Source: Acholeplasmataceae bacterium
GTDB lineage: Bacteria > Bacillota_I > Bacilli_A > Acholeplasmatales > Acholeplasmataceae
Length of the DNA: 64,000 nt
Reading direction: 5' to 3'
Assembly: GCA_963675245.1 (NCBI GenBank)
Contig: OY775910.1
Coordinates: forward strand, 800,001 to 864,000
The translations under genes and the position numbers were made by a program. Within the stretch, counting starts at the first letter, position 1, and every line of letters begins with the position of its first letter. The notes below the pieces were generated by a model. It was given only the letters and a program-made list of their open reading frames with translations, was not told the origin of the DNA and did not search any database. Shown one piece after another: positions 11,125-21,202 of this stretch.

Positions 11125-11200
11125 AGTGCCTCCAAAATAAAAAATACTTCAATAATAATGAATAGTGATATATTATAGATATATGTGAAAGGGGTATTTC

Positions 11201-11353
11201 ATGTTTATACATTTAAAAAATATGCTTGGTTTATCTTTGAGTAAACCAGATTACAAGTCAGATAATGAGCGTGATGATCAACAACCAGAAATATCTGAAC
11301 TTTCTGCATTAAATGACATTGATGAAGAAAGAACAGATGTGCTATCAGACTAA
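11201..11353 (+). CDS. Small 50-aa ORF divergent from the Rgg-like regulator
   Basis: GAAAGGGG RBS; MFIHLKNMLGLSLSKPDYKSDNERDDQQPEISELSALNDIDEERTDVLSD; terminator follows. Confidence 0.55.
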   Translation: MFIHLKNMLGLSLSKPDYKSDNERDDQQPEISELSALNDIDEERTDVLSD

Positions 11354-11370
11354 TTGTAGCATATTTAAGT

Positions 11371-11407
11371 AAAGAAAAGCCTTGATTTATTCAAGGCTTT
11401 CTTTCTT
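11371..11407. terminator. Bidirectional terminator
   Basis: AAAGCCTTGA-TTTAT-TCAAGGCTTT with A/T flanks. Confidence 0.75.
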
Positions 11408-11410
11408 ATT

Positions 11411-12025
11411 TTATTCAAAATCCAGTTTATAATCAGAGTGATTAATATCGTATTCTGAATTTTTACCCCTAATATCTACATAGAAATTAGCGATAGCAGT
11501 GTTCACATAAGGAATAACGAAAAATATTCCAATACCAAATGTCAACGCTCCAAGGATGTACCAACCAATAAAACTAAAGAGTAAGCAAAATAGACGCCAC
11601 TTATTACCCTTCATGAGCTCTTGGCTCTTGTCTAATGCTTCAGTCGCCGTTAAGTCAGGATCTTCAGCGATGATATATTCCGTCATACTAAAAGCAAAAG
11701 CCTTAACAATACCGGGAATAATAAATAACAATGACCACAAGAAGATAAAAACAGCTTTTAAGATATAAGCAATAATCGCTGTTCCCAAACTGTTTTTAAA
11801 TCCATGAAATAATGTTTCCATGTTATCTGCATTATCAGAATCTTCAATATTGTTAATCAAATACATACTATAGCCTACCATCAACGGCCCTGTAATAATA
11901 ATCCCTACAAACATTGGAACACCTGCAGCACTCACTGCATAAACAATTAATGAAACAACAAAAACCATCCAATAATTCTTTTTTAATTGCTGCCAAGCAA
12001 GTCTTCTTATTTCGCCAGCTCTCAT
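11411..12025 (-). CDS. DUF975-like membrane protein
   Basis: LWSLLFIIPGIVKAFAFSM...AL.KS.ELMKGNKWRLF...PY..A.FY pattern; AAAGGGAG RBS. Confidence 0.8.
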   Translation of the reverse strand: MRAGEIRRLAWQQLKKNYWMVFVVSLIVYAVSAAGVPMFVGIIITGPLMVGYSMYLINNIEDSDNADNMETLFHGFKNSLGTAIIAYILKAVFIFLWSLLFIIPGIVKAFAFSMTEYIIAEDPDLTATEALDKSQELMKGNKWRLFCLLFSFIGWYILGALTFGIGIFFVIPYVNTAIANFYVDIRGKNSEYDINHSDYKLDFE

Positions 12026-12147
12026 AAATACACTCCCTTTCATTGGTATTATTATAACATTTATAAGGAGGTATTACATAAGTTTTACCAAACAAACGCA
12101 GTTTTGTTATGCTATAATAGTAGTAAATATTTCAAAGGAGTTAAATC

Positions 12148-13839
12148 ATGACATTTAGCGAATATCCATATCAAAGACCTGATCTTGAAAAACTCAAAAA
12201 AGATCTTGAAGAAAACATTGCTTTAGTCGGTGAAAACGAAAGTTTAGAAACAGAAATAAAAGCGATTAGACGTATGAATGAAATCGATGATGAAGTCGAT
12301 TCAATGTTTACCCTTGTTTCAATTAGAAACAGCTTAAACACAAAAGATGAATTTTATGAAAAAGAACAAGCATTCATTGATGAAAACGGACCCGTCTTAA
12401 GACAGTATAGTCACGCATTAATCCAAAAGATGCTTAATTCTAAAAATCGTGAAGGTTTAGAAAAAGAATTTGGTTCTTTATTATTTAAGCAAGCAGAAGT
12501 GCAACAAAAAACATTTAAACCTGAAATTATTGCTGACCTACAAAAAGAAAACAAATTATCAACAGAGTATTCTAAATTAACAGCAGGTGCACAAATCGAA
12601 TTTGATGGTGGTACATATAACCTCAGTCAAATGGCACCATTCTTAACGAATAAAGATCGTGATATTCGTCATCGTGCACAATTAGCCGTTTCTGGGTTCT
12701 TTAGTGAAAACGAGAAGGAAATTGATCGCATTTATGACGAAATGGTTAAAGTTAGAACAGAAATTGCACATAAGCTTGGTTATGAAAACTTTGTTCAACT
12801 GGGATATGACAGATTAGGTAGAACGGATTATGATTATAAAGATGTTAAAACATATCGTGATCAAATCTATAAAGATATCGTGCCTCTAGTGACTGACTTA
12901 ATAGCACGTAAAGCAAAACGACTCGGTATTGAAAACCCTAAATCATATGACCTAGCTTTATCTTTCTTATCAGGCAATCCAACACCTAAAGGTGGTCGTG
13001 AATGGATGGTCGAAAGAGCAACCAAGATGTATCATGAAATGTCAAAAGAAACAGGTGAGTTCTTTGATTTTATGGTAGAACATGAATTGTTAGAATTAGA
13101 TTCTAAGCCAGGTAAATCTGGTGGTGGATACTGTACATATATTCCAAAGTATCGTTCACCATTTATTTTCGCAAACTTTAATGGTACATCACATGACGCA
13201 GATGTTTTAACACATGAAGCAGGACATGCATTCCAAGTGTATTCAAGTCGTGATTTAGAGCCAGCCTATCGTTGGCCAACCATGGAAGCAGCAGAAATTC
13301 ATTCCATGAGTATGGAATTTCTTGCATGGCCATGGATTGATTCATTCTTTATAGAAGATACCGCTAAATACAAATTCAATCATTTAGCTGGTTCAGTTTC
13401 ATTCTTGCCATATGGTGTATTAGTAGATGAATATCAACATGAGGTTTATCTACATCCAGACATGTCACCAGATGAAAGAAAAAGAACCTGGAGAAGACTT
13501 GAAAAGAAATATCGTCCATCTCTAGATTATGGTGATGATGATTTCATGGAAAAAGGTACATATTGGTTCCGTCAAGGTCATATCTTTGGTGCACCATTCT
13601 ATTATATCGACTATACGTTGGCACAAGTATGCGCATTCCAATTCTGGGTAGCAAGCCAAGAAGATCACGCAAAAGCTTTTGAAAACTATTTAGCATTATG
13701 TAAGTTAGGTGGTTCAAAGAGTTTCTTAGGATTAGTCGAGGCAGCTAAACTTAAAAACCCATTTGTTGATGGCACAGTTGAAAAGATTGTTAAGCCTATC
13801 AGAGCATATCTCGATGGTGTAGATGATACAAAATTATAA
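12148..13839 (+). CDS. M3 family oligoendopeptidase
   Basis: HEAGH zinc motif, AEIHSMSME, PFYYIDY. Confidence 0.92.
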   Translation: MTFSEYPYQRPDLEKLKKDLEENIALVGENESLETEIKAIRRMNEIDDEVDSMFTLVSIRNSLNTKDEFYEKEQAFIDENGPVLRQYSHALIQKMLNSKNREGLEKEFGSLLFKQAEVQQKTFKPEIIADLQKENKLSTEYSKLTAGAQIEFDGGTYNLSQMAPFLTNKDRDIRHRAQLAVSGFFSENEKEIDRIYDEMVKVRTEIAHKLGYENFVQLGYDRLGRTDYDYKDVKTYRDQIYKDIVPLVTDLIARKAKRLGIENPKSYDLALSFLSGNPTPKGGREWMVERATKMYHEMSKETGEFFDFMVEHELLELDSKPGKSGGGYCTYIPKYRSPFIFANFNGTSHDADVLTHEAGHAFQVYSSRDLEPAYRWPTMEAAEIHSMSMEFLAWPWIDSFFIEDTAKYKFNHLAGSVSFLPYGVLVDEYQHEVYLHPDMSPDERKRTWRRLEKKYRPSLDYGDDDFMEKGTYWFRQGHIFGAPFYYIDYTLAQVCAFQFWVASQEDHAKAFENYLALCKLGGSKSFLGLVEAAKLKNPFVDGTVEKIVKPIRAYLDGVDDTKL

Positions 13840-13904
13840 TGATAACTAGATAAAGATATAAACATCGCGATATAGTATATATGGCGATGTTTTTGATTCA
13901 AACA

Positions 13905-13954
13905 ATAATAGCAACCATCCGTTGCTTGCTATTATATAGGTTTCATTTTACACT
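13905..13954 (+). promoter_or_regulatory. Sigma70 promoter overlapped by a palindromic operator (probable XRE autoregulation)
   Basis: TTGCTA-17 nt-TACACT; ATAATAGCAA/TTGCTATTAT inverted repeat and GCAAC-N5-GTTGC. Confidence 0.6.
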
Positions 13955-13975
13955 GGAGATATAAGGAGGTAGAAC

Positions 13976-14539
13976 ATGCTTAATTTGGGAATCATCGGTC
14001 AAAGAATTGCAACTCATAGAAGAGCACATGATATGAATCAAAATGATTTGGCTGAAGCACTTTTTGTTACAAGACAAGCTGTAAGCAAGTGGGAAATTGG
14101 GAAAGGCCTACCCAGTATTGAAATTTTGTTAGCGCTGACGAAATTATTCAATATCTCAATCGACAGTTTATTAGAGGCTTCGGATATAAACCAATATGAT
14201 TATAAAGATATGCTAGCTACATATCCAAGAGAATCTGTTGTTTATAAGTTTTTAGAATCTGATACGCCAGATCTACATGTGAAGGATATATTTTACCTCT
14301 TAACACCAACTGAGAGAATGCAAATGATTAATCAATCACTTAGCAATCGAATTAATCTATCGATTAAAACCATTTGGCCATATGCAAGTATAAGTGAAAG
14401 AAAATATATCTTGGGAAACATATTGTCTAAAGGATCAGTTGAAAGAGTTGAAGAGTTTTACCCAATGTTGACCGATGAAGAACGGGTGATGGTCTCTAAG
14501 ACACATCACATGCACACAGTTGTTTATCATCATAAATAA
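13976..14539 (+). CDS. XRE-family HTH regulator
   Basis: QNDLAEALFVTRQAVSKWEIGKGLP HTH. Confidence 0.85.
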   Translation: MLNLGIIGQRIATHRRAHDMNQNDLAEALFVTRQAVSKWEIGKGLPSIEILLALTKLFNISIDSLLEASDINQYDYKDMLATYPRESVVYKFLESDTPDLHVKDIFYLLTPTERMQMINQSLSNRINLSIKTIWPYASISERKYILGNILSKGSVERVEEFYPMLTDEERVMVSKTHHMHTVVYHHK

Positions 14540-14558
14540 TCGTAAAGGAGAAAAGAAA

Positions 14559-14933
14559 ATGAAATATACACATTTATTACCATTTATGGATAACGAAGAA
14601 TTAAAAGAAGTCGCTTTACAAGTGTTAAACGGAGAATTACAAGGCGTTAAATTAAATCGGTTTTTCCCATTTCTAAACAAAGAAGATTTAAATGAGATTG
14701 TTGATAAAATCATCGAAACAAAAAACACGAAATTGCTAAATCATGCGATTCCCTTCATGTCAAAACAAAAAATTGGAGAAATCTATGAAAAAGCAGAACG
14801 TGGAGACATTCCTGATTTCAACGCCGAAAAGTGTATTCCTTTCTTAGGTTCAGAAAAGATCAAAGAAATTTTTAAATCATTGATTAAAAAAGCATCTGAA
14901 GAACCTGATGAAGATGAAGAAAAAGAAGAATAA
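14559..14933 (+). CDS. Hypothetical helical-repeat protein
   Basis: AAGGAG RBS; four PF(M/L) repeats; acidic tail. Confidence 0.7.
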   Translation: MKYTHLLPFMDNEELKEVALQVLNGELQGVKLNRFFPFLNKEDLNEIVDKIIETKNTKLLNHAIPFMSKQKIGEIYEKAERGDIPDFNAEKCIPFLGSEKIKEIFKSLIKKASEEPDEDEEKEE

Positions 14934-14953
14934 AATTGTATAAAAAAAATCCC

Positions 14954-15832
14954 TTATTCAGAAGTAAGGGATTTTTTGTTATTGTTTAAACAGTTATAAA
15001 TCATTTCTGCAACCATCATGCCATCATAAACAGCTTTTGCTATTTGTAATTTTCCACCTATGATATCACCTGCTGCGAAGAGTCCTGGAATATTTGTTTC
15101 GTAGTTCTCGTCAACGACAATGTTTTGTTTATCCATGACGATGCCTAATGTTTGGGCAAACTCTAAAGCGCTAGGTGTGCCGATGGCAACAAATGCGCCA
15201 TCAAAAGGATAGACATTTTTTGTGGTGTGAATCTCTTGAAGCTTTTGTTTGCCAACAAAAGATTTAATCGGTTCAGTCACAACCGGATAACCTGTTTCTT
15301 CATTAAAAGGTTTACCATTCGTGAAAATGGTAATATCATCTGTGACACGTTTTAAGTGAGATAATTCTTGTAACATATACTTACCAGTTCCAATAATAGC
15401 AAGCTTCTTTTTACGATAGAAGAAGCCGTCACATGTCGCACACAAGCTGATACCTTTACCAATAAACTTTTTAAAACCAGGTTTATTTAAAGCTAATCGC
15501 CTTTTACCAGTTGCCAGTAATACTGCTTTTGTTTGATATTCATGATGCTCTGTTTTCACTATGAATCCAGATTCGATTTCTGATAAACCAATCACTGGTT
15601 CATTAGCAAGTTCAATACCTTGTCTTTTAGCTTGTTTTAAACCATTTTCTATAAGATCTTTCCCATTGATTGTTTCAGAGAATCCGTAATAGTTATCAAT
15701 ATCTTCTCTACCAGAAGAAAAAGATCCATGGTCTTTACCAATAACAAAAGGATCTATACCAGCGTGCTTTAGATAAAGAGCTGCTGAAATACCTGCAGGG
15801 CCATACCCTATAATAATGACTTGTTTCATCAT
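14954..15832 (-). CDS. Thioredoxin reductase-like flavoprotein
   Basis: GYGPAG FAD motif, CATCDG, GLFAAGD; adjacent to thioredoxin. Confidence 0.85.
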   Translation of the reverse strand: MMKQVIIIGYGPAGISAALYLKHAGIDPFVIGKDHGSFSSGREDIDNYYGFSETINGKDLIENGLKQAKRQGIELANEPVIGLSEIESGFIVKTEHHEYQTKAVLLATGKRRLALNKPGFKKFIGKGISLCATCDGFFYRKKKLAIIGTGKYMLQELSHLKRVTDDITIFTNGKPFNEETGYPVVTEPIKSFVGKQKLQEIHTTKNVYPFDGAFVAIGTPSALEFAQTLGIVMDKQNIVVDENYETNIPGLFAAGDIIGGKLQIAKAVYDGMMVAEMIYNCLNNNKKSLTSE

Positions 15833-16140
15833 AAACCAAGACGTTTTTTGAGCTCGTCTTTTGATTTAATCCCAACAAATGTATCGACAATTTCACCATT
15901 TTTGAAAATGATGGTTGTTGGGATACTTAGGATTTCATATTGATCTGCAATGTCAGATGCATTATCTACTTCGAGTTTAGCAATGATTGCTTCACCATTT
16001 AATTCTTCATCCAAAGCTTTGAGTATTGGTGTATATCTTAAGCATGGAGAACACCATTCTGCCCAGAAATCGACTAAGACTGGTTTGTCGCTTTCTTTAA
16101 TCGTTTTGTCAAATGTTTCATTCGTTAATTCTATAACCAT
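15829..16140 (-). CDS. trxA: Thioredoxin
   Basis: VDFWAEWCSPC, SIPT motifs. Confidence 0.88.
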   Translation of the reverse strand: MVIELTNETFDKTIKESDKPVLVDFWAEWCSPCLRYTPILKALDEELNGEAIIAKLEVDNASDIADQYEILSIPTTIIFKNGEIVDTFVGIKSKDELKKRLGL

Positions 16141-16297
16141 GTTAGCACCTCTCTTATGTTCATATATATTATAAGGAAAAGTAGTCGAAAATGAAAGTCA
16201 AACACGTTATTAAGTCACTAAAATTAATTATGAATAACGCTTTATTGATTGATAGATACATGATATAATACTTTCGTGAACGTAGGTGATGACACAG

Positions 16298-17101
16298 ATG
16301 ATTAAAATTAGCGATTTATGCTTTTCATATACAGGTAAAGATGATGCAATTAGTCATGTTGATTTAGCGATAGAGAAAGGATCTTGGGTGTCAATTTTAG
16401 GGCATAACGGGTCTGGTAAATCCACACTTGCTAAGTTAATGGTAGGCTTGCTTTCTCCTGCCTCAGGAACGATAGAAATTGATGGTATCCTTTTGACAGA
16501 AGAAAACTTATTAGAAATTAGAAAACGTATTGGTATTGTCTTTCAAAATCCAGATAACCAATTTGTCGGTGTCACAGTTAAACATGACATCGCTTTTGGT
16601 TTAGAAAATCAACAGTTACCTTATGAAGAGATGGTAAAAAAAATTCATTTGTACGCGACATTGGTTGGTATGGAAGAATTTTTAGATAAAGAACCACACA
16701 AACTTTCGGGTGGACAAAAACAAAGAGTTGCGATTGCTGGTGCACTAGCAATGGAACAAGATATTCTTATCTTGGATGAAGCAACCTCCATGCTAGATCC
16801 TGAAGGTACAGAAGAAATTATTACATTAATTAAAAAACTTAATAGAGAATATCATAAAACAATTATCACGATTACACACGATTTGGAATTTGCAAGTGAA
16901 GCAGATCACCTCGTCGTGTTAAAAGGTGGTAAGAAAATTCTAGAAGGAACGCCAGATGTTGTCTTCCGTGAAGAAGAACTTTTAGAGAGTTCGCATTTAG
17001 AATTACCTTTCGCATTAAAGTTATTTAATCAATTGGAAAAAGATGATACGATCAATAAAGACATAGCGGAGGCTGTATGGGCATTCAGTTCAAACAAGTA
17101 G
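16298..17101 (+). CDS. ecfA1: ECF transporter ATPase A1
   Basis: GHNGSGKST, FQNPDNQFVG, LSGGQKQR, LDEATSMLDP. Confidence 0.92.
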   Translation: MIKISDLCFSYTGKDDAISHVDLAIEKGSWVSILGHNGSGKSTLAKLMVGLLSPASGTIEIDGILLTEENLLEIRKRIGIVFQNPDNQFVGVTVKHDIAFGLENQQLPYEEMVKKIHLYATLVGMEEFLDKEPHKLSGGQKQRVAIAGALAMEQDILILDEATSMLDPEGTEEIITLIKKLNREYHKTIITITHDLEFASEADHLVVLKGGKKILEGTPDVVFREEELLESSHLELPFALKLFNQLEKDDTINKDIAEAVWAFSSNK

Positions 17102-17922
17102 GTTTCTCCTACCGCGGCCTTAAGAAAAGTTATGTCGCGTTAAAAGATATTAATATAAACATTGAAGAAGATGGTGAGTTTGTTGCGATTGTAGGTCATA
17201 CCGGATCCGGCAAATCGACACTTGTGCAACACATGAATGCATTGTTGCTTCCGACATCAGGAGAACTTAATGTGTTTGGTCAAAAACTACCACCTAATAA
17301 AAAAGAAAAGATTAACCACTTAAGAAAAAAGGTTGGTCTTGTTTTTCAATTTCCCGAATATCAATTATTTGAGGAAACGATCATTAAAGATATCATGTTT
17401 GGTCCTAAAAACTTTAAAATCAGTGATGAGGAAGCTAGGGCACATTCAGAGTACGCTGCCAAAATAGTGGGCATTCCAGAATCTTTATATGAGAAATCAC
17501 CATTTAGAATAAGTGGTGGACAAATGCGTCGTGTCGCGGTTGCCGGTATATTAGCGATGCAACCCAAAGTACTCGTATTAGATGAACCGACTAGAGGTTT
17601 GGATCCTAAAGGTCGTAAAGATTTAATGCAAGTCTTTATTGATCTTCATAAAACAGAAAACAAGAGTATCGTCTTAATTTCTCATGATATGGATATTGTT
17701 TCAAAATATGCAAAACGCGTGATTGTATTAGAGAAGGGTGAAGTTATTTTTGATGGCAAAAAAGAAGATTTATTTGTTCATCCTAACTTTGATTCATTCC
17801 ATCTGGAACTTCCTACGTCACTTAGAATTTTAAAACATCTTGAAAAGACTTTAGGTATACCATATGAACCCAAATATGATTATGAGAGTTTACTTGCTTA
17901 CCTCAAGGAGGTGAAGCGATGA
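17077..17922 (+). CDS. ecfA2: ECF transporter ATPase A2
   Basis: GHTGSGKST, FQFPEYQLFEET, SGGQMRR. Confidence 0.92.
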   Translation: MGIQFKQVGFSYRGLKKSYVALKDININIEEDGEFVAIVGHTGSGKSTLVQHMNALLLPTSGELNVFGQKLPPNKKEKINHLRKKVGLVFQFPEYQLFEETIIKDIMFGPKNFKISDEEARAHSEYAAKIVGIPESLYEKSPFRISGGQMRRVAVAGILAMQPKVLVLDEPTRGLDPKGRKDLMQVFIDLHKTENKSIVLISHDMDIVSKYAKRVIVLEKGEVIFDGKKEDLFVHPNFDSFHLELPTSLRILKHLEKTLGIPYEPKYDYESLLAYLKEVKR

Positions 17923-18902
17923 ATATCACCATTGGTCAATATATTCCTGGGAACTCATGGCTTCATCGATTAGACCCAAGATTCAAAGTGTTAAGTTTAC
18001 TTGTATTAATTGTCGCAACCTTTGTGATTCCTATCTCATCAGAGATCACGCCACTCATTATGATGGGGTCTTTATTTGTGGGTGCTATTCTTTTAACGGT
18101 ATCTTCTAGAATTCCGATTGGAAAAGTCATGCAAGGGTTAAGAGGTATTGTCTTCTTATTAACATTTACGTTTGTCCTTCAATTATTTTATATCCAAGAA
18201 GGACCATCTTTAACAGCAGAACCAATAACGATGTATATATCATTATCGAGTATCGCTGCAATCATCGTATTCATCTTTTTTTACAATTGGTCAAAGAAAT
18301 ATGTCAAATTCAGAACATTGTATTTCTTTATAGCTGTCGTTGCATTCTTTGCACTTCAAGCTGTATTACCTTATGTAAATTTCACATCTTATGAATTAAA
18401 CATCACTGAAGGTGGTCTGCTAAGAGCGGCATTCATCTTTGTTCGTTTAATCACGATTATTGTCATTACGTCACTATTAACATTTACAACGATGACAACC
18501 GATTTGAACTTTGCTATTGAATCACTTTTAAAACCTTTAAAAGTCATTAAATTCCCTGTTGATATGATCGCGATGTTATTATCTTTAACATTAAGATATA
18601 TTCCAACATTATTATCAGAAACAGAAAAAATTATGAAAGCACAAGCTTCTCGTGGTGTTGATTTTAAAGAATCAAAACTGAGAGAAAAAATTGTGCAAGT
18701 CATATCATTGTTATTACCTGTGTTTGTTATTTCTTTTAATCGCGCAGAAGATTTAGCAAACGCGATGGATGTTAGAGGATATGTGATTGGTGCACCGCGT
18801 ACAAAGATTGATCAATATCGCATTGGTTTCAAAGATATCTTTACACTGATCATGTCACTGATTATTTTAGCGGCTATCATATATGTGAAGGTGGTTATAT
18901 GA
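17919..18902 (+). CDS. ecfT: ECF transporter T component
   Basis: LHRLDPR, AQASRG, AMDVRGY motifs. Confidence 0.92.
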   Translation: MNITIGQYIPGNSWLHRLDPRFKVLSLLVLIVATFVIPISSEITPLIMMGSLFVGAILLTVSSRIPIGKVMQGLRGIVFLLTFTFVLQLFYIQEGPSLTAEPITMYISLSSIAAIIVFIFFYNWSKKYVKFRTLYFFIAVVAFFALQAVLPYVNFTSYELNITEGGLLRAAFIFVRLITIIVITSLLTFTTMTTDLNFAIESLLKPLKVIKFPVDMIAMLLSLTLRYIPTLLSETEKIMKAQASRGVDFKESKLREKIVQVISLLLPVFVISFNRAEDLANAMDVRGYVIGAPRTKIDQYRIGFKDIFTLIMSLIILAAIIYVKVVI

Positions 18903-19618
18903 GGTATTTAGCCACTGTAAGTTATGACGGGACACAATATGCAGGTTTTCAGAAACAAGAGAATGCGCTAGGTATACAGACGGTTATAGAGCGTGCTTTC
19001 CGTTTGATGACACAAACAGAAATAGCGATTCATGCTTCTGGCAGAACTGATAAGGGTGTTCATGCCCTTGCACAACGATTTCACTTTGATAGCAACTTAA
19101 ATTTAGATGATGAAACATGGCTACGTGTTAATGATCGTTTACCAATTGATATTCGTGTATTAAAAGTTAAACGTGTTGATGATGATTTTCATGCAAGACA
19201 TAGTGCAAAATCTAAGAAATACAAATATGTGATTGCTAAAACACCTAGTACAGTGTTTAAAGCGAACTATGAAGTATATATTAAAGATTTTAATATTGAG
19301 CCGGTGAAAAAAGCATTACTTTTGTTAGAAGGTACCCATAATTTCAAAGGGTTTTGTCAATATGTAGAAGGTAAAAACCCTATACGTACGATTTACTCAG
19401 CAAACGTGAAAGAAACTAAAACACATTATATATTTACGTTCCATGCCAATGCATTTTTGAAATATATGGTTCGTTCTATCATGGGAACACTTATTGAAAT
19501 AGGGACAGGCAAACTTGATGCAACAATCATCACTAAAATTTTAGAAACAAAAAACCGAAAATTAGCTGGTAAAACAGCTGAATCTAGAGGCTTGTATTTA
19601 GAACATGTTTACTATTAA
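18899..19618 (+). CDS. truA: tRNA pseudouridine(38-40) synthase
   Basis: YDGT, SGRTDKGVHA, FHAR, FLKYMVR. Confidence 0.95.
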   Translation: MRYLATVSYDGTQYAGFQKQENALGIQTVIERAFRLMTQTEIAIHASGRTDKGVHALAQRFHFDSNLNLDDETWLRVNDRLPIDIRVLKVKRVDDDFHARHSAKSKKYKYVIAKTPSTVFKANYEVYIKDFNIEPVKKALLLLEGTHNFKGFCQYVEGKNPIRTIYSANVKETKTHYIFTFHANAFLKYMVRSIMGTLIEIGTGKLDATIITKILETKNRKLAGKTAESRGLYLEHVYY

Positions 19619-19654
19619 AATGTTATAATATATGAAAAGAGAGGAGTTGAGGAT

Positions 19655-20257
19655 ATGTTCATCTCATTTGAAGGTGGAGACGGTACTGGCAAAACGACAC
19701 TGATTAAACGTCTTTATGATGCACTAAAGAAAGAGTATAACGTTATTGTTACAAGAGAACCAGGTGGATCACCCATAGCTGAAATTATTCGTGATGTTGT
19801 CCTCAATCCAACATATAAAGGTATTACCGCACGAACTGAAGCGCTATTGATTGCTGCTTCACGTGCACAGCATTTAGATGATACAATTTTACCTGCATTA
19901 AACGAAAACAAAATCGTTTTATGCGATCGTTATATTGATAGTTCACTAGCATATCAAGCAGTGGCAAGAGATTTAGGATTTGATTATGTCTTAGCTATTA
20001 ATCAATATGCGACTGAACATATGCCAGATTTAACATTTTATATTGACTTAGAGCCGGAAGTCGGTATTTCAAGAGTGGTTAATCGGAAGAAATATGATCG
20101 CCTTGATCAAGAAACGATTAAATATCATCATCTCGTTAGAAAAGGATATTTTGAAGTCGTAAAACATTATGCTAATCGAGTGATGGTCATTGATGGATCA
20201 AACACACTTGATGAAATGTATGAAGAGATATTACAAGTCATTAAACAAAAACTATGA
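19655..20257 (+). CDS. tmk: Thymidylate kinase
   Basis: FEGGDGTGKTT, TREPGG, DRYIDSSLAYQ. Confidence 0.95.
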   Translation: MFISFEGGDGTGKTTLIKRLYDALKKEYNVIVTREPGGSPIAEIIRDVVLNPTYKGITARTEALLIAASRAQHLDDTILPALNENKIVLCDRYIDSSLAYQAVARDLGFDYVLAINQYATEHMPDLTFYIDLEPEVGISRVVNRKKYDRLDQETIKYHHLVRKGYFEVVKHYANRVMVIDGSNTLDEMYEEILQVIKQKL

Positions 20258-21198
20258 ATCAAGCACTTCATTTTTTCAAACAAACGATTAAAAAAAATCG
20301 GCTCTCACATCTTTATTTAATCAGTGGACCTAAAGGTTCTGGTAAAAGTGATTTGGTAGAGGAAATCATCTTTCTATTATTAACGAAAGATAAAACACCA
20401 TCCGCTCACCTGAAAGTCCAAATAAAACAACATACCTTAACGAATGTCATGATCATTGAACCTGATGGGCAAATGATTAAAAAAGAACAGATTCTCGAAT
20501 TACAACGAGAATTTTCTAAGACTGCGTTAGTGAGTGGTCCACGTATTTATGTCATAAAGAATGTTGAGAAGATGAATCAGAGTGCAGCAAACTCACTGCT
20601 TAAATTTATGGAAGAGCCATTAAGTGAAGGTGTGTTTGGTTTTCTCTTAACTGAAAATATTGATCGTATGATTAGAACGATCTTATCAAGATCACAAGTC
20701 ATTCATATGAATAATAGGAATGAAGAAGATTTAGAACATGAGTTATTAGCATTAGGTGTAGATGAAAGAATTTCTATTTTAGCACCTTATTTAACGAAAG
20801 ATATTGATGAAGCTACGTTACTCGCAGATGATCCAAATTTTATTGCAGTCATTGATTTCATCGAAGAGATTGCTATTCAGTGGCAAAATAAAGAAGTATC
20901 GTTTCCATTGTATTTTTCAGCAGAAGGAAACTTCTTATTACAAGATAGGGAATTCTTTAAGAATTTTCTAGAATTATTGTTATTATACTTTGTGGATTTG
21001 ATTCACTATCGTGCCAACCAACCGATTGTTTATCATTTTTTGAAAGAACAAATTCAGGCACAAAGTGACGCAATGAAAACTTTTGAAATAAACGAGTTGA
21101 TCACATCGATTCAAGAAATCTTGAAACGACAAACATATTTTATTAATTTAGAATTAGCATTGGATCAACTTGCCATACTACTAGAAAAGAAGAGGTGA
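20254..21198 (+). CDS. holB: DNA polymerase III delta' subunit
   Basis: AANSLLKFMEEP, TILSR; follows tmk. Confidence 0.88.
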   Translation: MNQALHFFKQTIKKNRLSHLYLISGPKGSGKSDLVEEIIFLLLTKDKTPSAHLKVQIKQHTLTNVMIIEPDGQMIKKEQILELQREFSKTALVSGPRIYVIKNVEKMNQSAANSLLKFMEEPLSEGVFGFLLTENIDRMIRTILSRSQVIHMNNRNEEDLEHELLALGVDERISILAPYLTKDIDEATLLADDPNFIAVIDFIEEIAIQWQNKEVSFPLYFSAEGNFLLQDREFFKNFLELLLLYFVDLIHYRANQPIVYHFLKEQIQAQSDAMKTFEINELITSIQEILKRQTYFINLELALDQLAILLEKKR

Positions 21199-21202
21199 TG
21201 GT

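Noticed and set aside
10117..11263. 15-bp direct repeat GATTACAAGTCAGAT at 10117-10131 and 11249-11263 flanking the Rgg-like gene
   Set aside because: Both copies lie inside ORFs, no recombinase is nearby, and one such match can arise by chance in AT-rich DNA.
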